Below, piece after piece: positions 55,083-64,000 of a stretch of 64,000 nucleotides of DNA. A model generated the notes under the pieces. The model saw only the letters and a program-made list of their open reading frames with translations, did no database searches and was not told the DNA's origin. Each line of letters begins with the position of its first letter. Positions within the stretch are counted from its first letter, which is position 1. The stretch is taken from contig NIVC01003507.1 of NCBI GenBank assembly GCA_002269645.1, positions 1 through 64,000 on the forward strand. The letters are read 5' to 3'. Position numbers and translations under genes: made by a program. This stretch comes from Macrostomum lignano (Eukaryota).

Positions 55083-58000
55083 ATGAAGGGTTTCTTATCG
55101 AAGCTCGGAGGTCCTCCAGCCTCATCGTCAATGTCGTCATCGTCATCGACCTCTGCCGGAGCTTCTCATGACGCAGGCGGCGGCGGTTTCATTGGCAGGA
55201 CCTTCCACCTGCACCGCTACCAGCTGGTTGTGGAGGAGAAAATCGCCGAAGGCGGCTTCGCCGTTGTGTTTAAAGTGCGCAGCACTCAAGACGGTCGAAT
55301 ATTTGCGCTAAAACGCATGTGCGTCAATAGTGAGAACAGTCTGCAGATCTGCCAGCGGGAGATCACCATTGTGGTGCGTGTTGTCATGGTGATCTATTGT
55401 GCGCGGCTGTGGAACAGTTTGTACACACAGCTATGGAACAGCTCCCCTCACTGTCAGTGTGCACACACTGCTATGGAACAGCTCCCCTCACTATCAGTGT
55501 GCACACACAGCTATGGAACAGCTCCCCTCACTGTCAGTGTGTACACACACAGCTATGGAACAGCTCCCCTCACTGTCAGTGTGTACACACACAGCTATGG
55601 AACAGCTCCCCTCACTGTCAGTGTGTACACACACAGCTATGGAACAGCTCCCCTCACTGTCAGTGTGTACACACACAGCTATGGAACAGTTCCCCTCACT
55701 GTCAGTGTGCACACACAGCTATGGAACAGCTCCCTCACTGTCAGTGTGTACACACACAGCTATGGAACAGTTCCCCTCACTGTCAGTGTGCACACACAGC
55801 TATGGAACAGCTCCCCTCACTGTCAGTGTGTACACACGCAGCTATGGAACAGCTCCCCTCACTGCCAGAGTGTACACACACAGCTATGGAACAGCTCTCT
55901 CACTGTCAGAGTGTACACACACAGCTATGGAACAGCTCCCTCACTGTCAGAGTGTACACACGCAGCTATGGAACAGCTCCCCTCACTGTCAGTGTGTACA
56001 CACGCAGCTATGGAACAGCTCCCCTCACTGTCAGAGTGTACACACACAGCTATGGAACAGCTCCCTCACTGTCAGTGTGTACACACACAGCTATGGAACA
56101 GTTCCCCTCACTGTCAGTGTGTACACACACAGCTATGGAACAGCTCCCCTCACTGTCAGTGTGCACACACACACAGCTATGGAACAGCTCCCCTCACTGT
56201 CAGTGTGCACACACACACAGCTATGGAACAGCTCTCCTCACTGTCAGTGTGCACACACAGCTATGGAACAGCTCCCCTCACTGTCAGAGTTTGTACACAT
56301 AGCATCAATATTTGAAAAGCCTACTTATTGACTTAGCAAAAGAACCAAGTCTGCAATTGTTCAATTTGCCTAGTCACGTATTGGCCTCGGGCATATCCAA
56401 ATAAATTTGCATAATGATATTTTAAACTTCGGATTGGCTTCATCAGCCCGCCGCATCCAATGACCTTTATTTGCAGCGGTCGCTAACCCACAAGAACATT
56501 ATTAAATACGTTGACGACTGCGTTAATCACCTGCCAAACGGTGTTTACGAAGTGCTGCTACTCATGACCTACTGCAAAAGTGAGTAGGGAGGTAATCTGT
56601 TGATTTACGTCATGTGCGTAGAACAGTGGGACAAAAAGAGGTGGAGAGATAAAGGGAAGGATATGTGGATAAATAGAGGGGTAGAGTGTGAGAAAGAAGG
56701 ATAGAGGGGCAGAGATAGAGGGGTAGAGTGAGAGATAGAGGGGTAGAGTTAGAGATAGAGGGGTAGAGTGAGAGATAGAGGGGTAGAGTGAGAGATAGAG
56801 GGGTTAGAGTGTGAGAAAGAAGGATAGAGAGGCAGAGATAGAGGGATAGAGAGGCAGAGTGAGAGGGGTAGAGTGAGAGATAGAGGGGTGGAGTGTGAGA
56901 TAGAAGGATAGAGAGGCAGAGATAGAGGGATAGAGAGGCAGAGTGAGAGGGGTAGAGTGAGAGATAGAGGGGTGGAGTGTGAGATAGAAGGATAGAGGCA
57001 GAGATAGAGGGATAGAGAGGCAGAGTGAGAGGGGTAGAGTGAGAGATAGAGGGGTAGAGTGAGAGATAGAGGGGTAGAGTGAGAGATAGAGAGGTAGAGT
57101 GAGAGATAGAGGGGTAGAGTGAGAGATAGAAGTGTAGAGTGTGAGATAGAAAGATAGAGAGGCAGAGATAGAGGGGTAGAGTGTGAGATAGAAGGATACA
57201 GAGGCAGAAATAGAGGGATAGAAAGGCAAAGATAGAGGGGTAAAGTGTGAGATAGAAGGATACAGAGGCAGAGATAGAGGAATAGAGAGGCAAAGATAGA
57301 GGGGTAGAGTGTGAGATAGAAGGATACAGAGGCAGAAATAGAGGGATAGAGAGGCAAAGATAGAGGGGTAAAGTGTGAGATAGAAGGATACAGAGGCAGA
57401 GATAGAGGGATAGAGAGGCAAAGATAGAGGGGTAGAGTGTGAGATAGAAGGATACAGAGGCAGAAATAGAGGGATAGAGAGGCAAAGATAGAGGGGTAAA
57501 GTGTGAGATAGAAGGATAGAGGCAGAGATAGAGGGTTAGCTAGGGAGGAATAGAACTAGATGCGAGTTCAGATGATTTGAATCAAAGTCGAGTCAAACTG
57601 AAACTGAGACCGCAGGCTGCGCAGCCGAGGCTGTACTATGTGACCTTCACCCGTGCCCGCAGAGACAGTAGTGGGGCAGCTGAACGATTGCGCCCAGTCT
57701 GGCGGGCACTTGACTGAGTCGCATATTCTGCGCATATTCTGCGACGTATGCGAGGCCGTGTCGAGGCTGCACCACTGTCACACGCCCGTGCAGCACCGCG
57801 ATCTCAAAGTAGAGAATGTACTAATAGACGATTCCGGCAACTATGTACTGTGCGACTTTGGCAGCGCCACTGTGCGCGTGCTGCAGCCAGCTGTTCAGGG
57901 CGCCGCTCCAGTTGAAGAGGAGATTCAAAAGTACACGACGTTAGCCTATCGCAGCCCTGAGATGGTGGACCCGTACTCTGGCCGGCCTATCGGCACTAAG

Positions 58001-61000
58001 GCTGACATCTGGGCGCTGGGCTGTATGCTGTACAAGTTGGCGTACTTCAGTCTGCCATTCGGCGAAAGCACCCTGGCTATCAGTTCCGGCCGTCTGTGCC
58101 TGCCTGACCGGCCTGAATATTCTGTTGAATTGCGCAAACTGATTCGCTATGCGTTGCAGCCGGACCCCAGCCTGAGGCCGGACATATTCCAGATCTGTCA
58201 TTTGGCATTTCAATTGGCTGGCCGAGTTAATCCGGTGCAAAATGTCAATGTGAGCTGGGCGTCAGCGCTAATTAGATGACGAGGAATTCCGTGCCCTAGT
58301 TACTCACGCCGTTTACCCAGAGATATCAATTTAAGTCACCCAAAAAATAATAAGGGCGGAGAGCAGTGGCGGATTTAAAAGGAGGGGGGCGGGGGCTGCC
58401 GATGATGGCGCCCCCTTTTCTTTGCCTTAAAAAAGATCTTTACCGCCTTCAGTTTGTTCAGTATGGCGCCCCTCAAGATCGCCCTCTAGTGTATATCATA
58501 GCGCCCCTCTAGTGTATATTATGGCGCCCCTCTAGTGTATATTATGGCGCCACTCTAGTGTATATTATGGCGCCCCTCTAGTGTATATTATGGCGCCCCT
58601 CTAGTGTATATTATGGCGCCCCTCTAGTGTATATTATGGCGCCACTCTAGTGTATATTATGGCGCCCCTCTAGTGTATATTATGGCGCCACTCTAGTGTA
58701 TATTATGGCGCCACTCTAGTGTATAGAATGGCGCCCCTCTAGTGTATATTATGGCGCCACTCTAGTGTATATTATGGCGCCACTCTAGTGTATAGAATGG
58801 CGCCCATCTAGTGTATATTATGGCGCCCCTCTAGTGTATATTATGGCGCCACTCTAGTGTATATTATGGCGCCACTCTAGTGTATATTATGGCGCCCCTC
58901 AAGATCGCCCTCTAGTGTATATTATGGCGCCACTCTAGTGTATATTATGGCGCCACTCTAGTGTATATTATGGCGCCACTCTAGTGTATATTATGGCGCC
59001 CCTCAAGATCGCCCTCTAGTGTATATTATGGCGCCACTCTAGTGTATATTATGGCGCCACTCTGGTGTATAGGATGGCGCCACTCTAGTGTATATTATGG
59101 CGTCATTCTAGTGTATATTATGGCGCCACTCTAGTGTATATTATGGCGCCACTCTAGTGTATATTATGGCGCCACTCTAGTGTATATTATGGCGCCTCCC
59201 TAGTGTATATTATGGCGTCATTCTAGTGTATATTATGGCGTCATTCTAGTGTATATTATGGCGTCATTCTAGTGTATATTATGGCGCCCCTCTAGTGTAT
59301 ATTATGGCGCCCCTCTAGTGTATATTATGGCGCCACTCTAGTGTATATTATGGCGCCACTCTAGTGTATATTATGGCGCCACTCTAGTGTATATTATGGC
59401 GCCACTCTAGTGTATATTATGGCGCCCCCACTCTAGTGTATATTATGGCGCCACTCTAGTGTATATTATGGCGCCACTCTAGTTTATATTATGGCGCCAC
59501 TCTAGTGTATATTATGGCGCCACTCTAGTGTATATTATGGCGCCCCCACTCTAGTGTATATTATGGCACCCCCACTCTAGTGTATATTATGGCGCCACTC
59601 TAGTGTATAGGATGGCGCCACTCTAGTGTATATTATGGCGCCACTCTAGTGTATATTATGGCGCCCCCACTCTAGTGTATATTATGGCACCCCCACTCTA
59701 GTGTATATTATGGCGCCACTCTAGTGTATATTATGGCACCCCCACTCTAGTGTATATTATGGCACCCTTACTCTAGTGTATATTATGGCACCCCCACTCT
59801 AGTGTATATTATGGCGCCACTCTAGTGTATATTATGGCACCCCCACTCATGGTTAATATCCGCCCCCCCCCCATTTTATAATTCTAAATCCGCCCCCGGC
59901 GAAGATGAAAGGAGAAAAGAGAGAGTAGACAAGAGCATAGATAAGAAGAAATAAAAGGAGAGGAGAGAGCTGAGAGGCGACACTAACCCTGAGTGGCTGG
60001 ATTACTATTGCTAAGTTTCAAAGGACTCTTTTAGTGGCACAGAATGCACAGTAGGCGTCTGTACCTTTTCAAAATCAGGCAATATCGCACCTGAAAATAA
60101 ACTTTGTGTCTGTGTCTACTAGACCTAGTGCTAGGATTTTACAAGTGTTTAAATAGAAGTTTTACCCAGCTGGTTGCATTTGTCTTTGACCAAACAGAAA
60201 TCGGAAATACCTCGCTTCGACATTCTCAACGCGCCGCCAACTGAAAGCGAAAATCGTCGCGAAATCAGCAAATCGCCTAGCGTTGGGTGAGTCGCCGTAG
60301 TCTTTGTGTCCGTCTTGGCGTGTCTTTGTGTCCGTCTTAGCGTTTTTGTGTCTGTTTTAGCGTGTCCTTGTGTGTCTTAACGTGCCTTTGTGTCTGTCTT
60401 AACTTGCCTTTGTGTCCGTCTTGGCGTGTCTTTGTGTCCGTCTTGGCGTGTCTTTGTGTCCGTCTTAGCGTTTTTGTGTCTGTTTTAGCGTGTCCTTGTG
60501 TGTCTTAACGTGCCTTTGTGTCTGTCTTAACTTGCCTTTGTGTCCGTCTTGGCGTGTCTTTGTGTCCGTCTTGGCGTGTCTTTGTGTCCGTCTTGGCGTG
60601 TCCTTGTGTCCGTCTTAGCGTGTCCTTATGTCCGTCTTGGCGTGGCTTTGTCTTGGCGTGTCTTTGTGTCCGTCTTGGCGTGTCCTTGTGTCCGTCTTAG
60701 CCTGTTTTTGTGTTCGTCTTAGCATGCCTTTGTGTCCATCTTGGCGTGTCTTTGTGTCCGTCTTAGCGTGTCCTTATGTCCGTCTTGGCGTGGCTTTGTG
60801 TCTGTCTTGGCGTGTCTTTGTGTCCGTCTTGGCGTGTCCTTGTGTCCGTCTTGGCGTGTCCTTGTGTCCGTCTTGGCGTGGCTTTGTGTCTGTCTTGGCG
60901 TGTCTTTGTGTCCGTCTTAGCGTGCCTTTGTGTCCGTCTTGGCGTGTCTTTGTGTCCGTCTTAGCGTGTTTTTGTGTCCGTCTTAGCGTGTTTTTGTGTC

Positions 61001-64000
61001 CGTCTTAGCGTGTTTTTGTGTCCGTCTTGGCGTGTCCTTGTGTCCGTCTTAGCGTGTCCTTGTGTCCGTCTTAGCGTGTTTTTGTGTTCGTCTTAGCGTG
61101 TTTGTGTTTGCCTTAGTGTCTCTTAATGTATGTCTGTGTCTTGATGTCTGCGGGTCTCAATTTATTTTTTTGTGTTTTAATGGTTGTGTGTCTTCGTTCC
61201 ACTTTAAACTTGATGTCTATCCATCTTAAAATGATAGAATCTGTATTAATAAATATGTCTTAGCATCGGACTGTCGTAGTACATCATAGTCATTCAGACT
61301 TTCACGCCTCCCTTAGGAAGGGACAAGTCTGCTAGTCTACCTTTACTAAATTTTCCAATCTATTCTACTGATACTACTGATCAGTATTTAAGTACTGTAT
61401 TGTCATTCTCTTTCGCAGCCGAATCGCTACTCAATCCGCTTCGACGGTGGCGCCGCGTCCGCCTCTTGTCGCCGGCGTCGTCCAACAGAAGCCGCCGCAG
61501 CCGCCGCCGCAGCAGCACCAGCCGCAGCAGCACCAGCCGCAGCAGCACCAGCCGCAGCAGCACCAGCCACAGCAGTTGCCGCAGGCTTCGTCGTCCGCAT
61601 CGGCCGGTTCGCCGATCAAAGCGGCTCCTCCTTTTCCGACAGCGACAGCGGCTGCTGCTGCTGCTGCGGACGCGGCGCTGAATAAATCTACTGTGCGCCA
61701 ACGGCCGAGACCGTCGCAGGCGCAGCAGCAGCAGCAGAAACAGACGCTGAAACAGCCATGGGTGACGCTTGAACCTCAGCAGCAGACTTCCTCGTCCGCT
61801 GCTGCGTCTGCGACTGCCGCTGCCGCCGCACCAGCGCAGCCATCTGCCGGCAATCGCAGCTCGTCACTGTTCGACGTTCGGGTTAGCGAATTCGCCCCAG
61901 CGACTGGCTGGGTGGGCCTCGGCGAGGTGCGCGCTGCGCTGATGGAGTAGATAGGGGGCTTCTGACTTTAGCCACCTCCCACCCTCCCAGATCCTCAGTT
62001 GCTGGGCCAGCCTCCCAGATCCTCAGTTGCTGGGCCAGCCTCCCAGATCCTCAGTTGCTGGGCCAGCCTCCCAGATCCTCAGTTGCTGGGCCAGCCTCCC
62101 AGATCCTCAGTTGCTGGGCCAGCCTCCCAGATCCTCAGTTGCTGGGCCAGCCTCCCAGATCCTCAGTTGCTGGGCCAGCCTCCCAGATCCTCAGTTGCTG
62201 GGCCAGCCTCCCAGATCCTCAGTTGCTGGGCCAGCCTCCCAGATCCTCAGTTGCTGGGCCAGCCTCCCAGATCCCCAGACTTGGCCGCCGAGCTTCAGAT
62301 TAAGTTTTTCAATTTAAACTCTTGATAATTTGCCAGCACACTCTCCCGATTTTATCCATTCCCAGTCGCAACAGTCCGGCTCTCAAGAGCAGCCAGCATT
62401 TTCAGCGGCAGCAACTGCAGCAGCGGCGGCGGCGGCCGCTCCAGCCAGCAGCCAGGCCGGCTCTCTGGACCGGCTGCGTCACGCCTCCCAGCAGCAGCAG
62501 CAGCCTCCGCCTTCCATCGCCGGCTGGAACCCTTTTGCCACAGACGATGATCAGCACCAGCCCGAGACGGCTGTTGGCCGCGGTGCGTCTGTCGGGACCA
62601 GCGGCGCCGCCGCCGCCGACGGGAACAGCTCCGAGGACGCGCTGGAGGACGCCATGTTCGGTTTGGAGTTCGACAGAATCAGACGAGCCGGCTCGCAGAG
62701 CAGTGAGTCCTCTGTCGATTTTATTTTTTGCCTCTAGCTTTTTAAGAACATGTGCATTCTATGCTACTTATTTCGCTCTAGTAGCACATTTAGTTTAACG
62801 TATTTAATTCGCTTCTTTTTGCAGGCATGGCGGCGCAAAAATCACGCGAAGATTTAGTTATGGAGGAGCCCGATCCCGCATTTGATCCGTTTGGCGCGGC
62901 GCCTATTAATCCTAAGCGTGAGTCATCAATGGTTAATACTAGCTAGCTAATAAGGACTTAACAGCACATTTTAATGACTTTTTATGACTTATTCATTTCA
63001 ATTCCATAGATATAGTGTGCAAATTAGCATAACGTTTTCACGTGTCGTCATGTGAATTTTTTTACCGAATTAGACAAATTTTTACTGTTTTATCCTTAGA
63101 TTTCTACTTTCAGTAGCCGATCTCGCACATTCCATCCTATATTTGCATCAATCAATCTTTACAGTAAAATCCAAGCACTCAAGCGGCTCCGGTGGCAATT
63201 CCGCCAGCGCCGATCGGTCGAAAAAATCGCGCCGATCCAAACGCGAACAGACGCGAGCTCGCCGCGGCGAACAGCATCACCAGCTTCATCATCATCATCA
63301 CCGGGCTGACGTTGACTGGCTGTGCGCCGGCAGCGATGATGAAACCGCCTGCGGTCTGGACCGCTCGGGCCGGTCCGACCTGTTCGCAGCGATCCCATTC
63401 CGCAAAGATCCCGACGACAAGTCGCGCTACGAACAATTGGACCATTGCTACTCAGACGAAGAGGTGCTGCAACAATCGTCTATTGCTAATTTTAATTTTA
63501 TAGCCTCGGATAATGACAACACCGGGTCCAAACAGCTGCCGCGTCAGGTTGACTGCGGCAGCGCTGCACCGGCGGCTACTGTCGTCGATCCTGTCGCAGT
63601 TCCTGACCACCAACTAGGAGCTGGACGACACCGTCTGCGACCACCGTCTAGGGAGACATCCTCCGACGGTCTGGACGAGTATGGCACCGACGACGGAGGC
63701 GGTGGCGGCGGTGGTTGCGGCCCAAGTGTCGGAGTCGGGGCTCGCAGAATCCCTATCACCGGCGGCGGCACCGGAGGCGCTCCTAGCGGCGCTGCCGGTG
63801 GCAACCGCCTGTTCAACTACGTGACCCTGATGGAGGACGCGGCCGATGCCGGCAGTCTGGACAGTCGATCCTTTGAACTCGGCGGCGGCGGCAGCAGCCT
63901 CACAGCCGACAAGGCCAGTGTGCTGTCGTTTGGCGACTACGACAACGGCGTCAGCGGCAGCCAGGTCCAGGCTCCACTGCCGGCCCCACCGCAGGCGACA
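55083..64000 (+). CDS. AAK1: Numb-associated kinase AAK1/BMP2K, 3'-partial; exons 55083-55373, 56477-56579, 57663-58249, 60198-60286, 61419-61881, 62366-62702, 62825-62917, 63165-(>64000)
   Basis: Kinase motifs IAEGGFAVVF, FALKRM, HKNII, YEVLLLM, IFCDVCEAV, HRDLKVENVL, LCDFGSAT, KYTTLAYRSPEM, KADIWALGC, LPFGES and RPDIFQ match AAK1. A Q/P-rich region follows, with WNPF, FGLEFDRIRR and FDPFGAAP adaptor-binding motifs. Exons 1-3 are strongly supported; exons 4-8 rest on splice signals and phase compatibility. Confidence 0.9.
55415..56300. repeat. 40-42-bp minisatellite (CACACAGCTATGGAACAGCTCCCCTCACTGTCAGTGTGTA) in AAK1 intron 1
   Basis: Direct reading. Confidence 0.96.
56630..57538. repeat. 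Purine-rich (GATAGAGGGGTAGAGTGTGA-type) compound repeat in AAK1 intron 2
   Basis: Direct reading. Confidence 0.94.
58364..59898. mobile_element. hAT-like non-autonomous element whose body is a 23-bp satellite (TCTAGTGTATATTATGGCGCCAC)n, ~58487-59848
   Basis: Termini CAGTGGCGGATTTA and TAAATCCGCCCCCG form a 14-bp TIR with 2 mismatches. The 8-bp flanks GCGGAGAG and GCGAAGAT match 6/8, consistent with an aged 8-bp TSD. Confidence 0.72.
60300..61105. repeat. 22-bp minisatellite (TGTGTCCGTCTTGGCGTGTCTT)n in AAK1 intron 4
   Basis: Direct reading. Confidence 0.95.
61985..62280. repeat. 28-bp minisatellite (CCCAGATCCTCAGTTGCTGGGCCAGCCT)n in AAK1 intron 5
   Basis: About 10 near-perfect copies. Confidence 0.96.

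Noticed and set aside
63464-63503. 40-nt AT-rich GT...AG segment as an AAK1 micro-intron
   Set aside because: Removing it shifts into a frame that soon stops, whereas the unspliced frame stays open to the window end. Unresolved without RNA-seq.

Overview
This is eukaryotic (metazoan) genomic DNA with GC-rich exons and introns filled by minisatellites. The style resembles a Macrostomum-type free-living flatworm, but that is inference only. Five spliced genes lie on the + strand: the 3' part of a SEC14L2-like CRAL-TRIO/GOLD gene, importin-7 (8 exons), EED/ESC (4 exons), SEC22 (3 exons) and the 5' part of an AAK1/BMP2K kinase. Mobile DNA includes a full-length Loa/R1-type LINE (APE-RT-RNase H) inserted in a satellite inside IPO7 intron 6 and itself interrupted by a Frog-Prince-like Tc1 with an open transposase ORF. 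An intact DD34D mariner sits in the last Tyr codon of SEC22. There is also a defective mariner, a hAT-like MITE carrying a satellite, a solo LTR and a CORE-like SINE. The most notable observations are: (1) the mariner rewrites the SEC22 C-terminus; (2) the Tc1 and its host LINE share an exact 32-bp sequence; (3) many otherwise different intronic minisatellites share a GATCCYC core; (4) a 21-bp array reiterates the EED exon-1 splice donor about 30 times; (5) EED has a substituted methyl-lysine cage; (6) the LINE ORFs meet at a TAATG stop-start overlap. All alignments, counts and homologies were done by eye and from memory; no searches were run.
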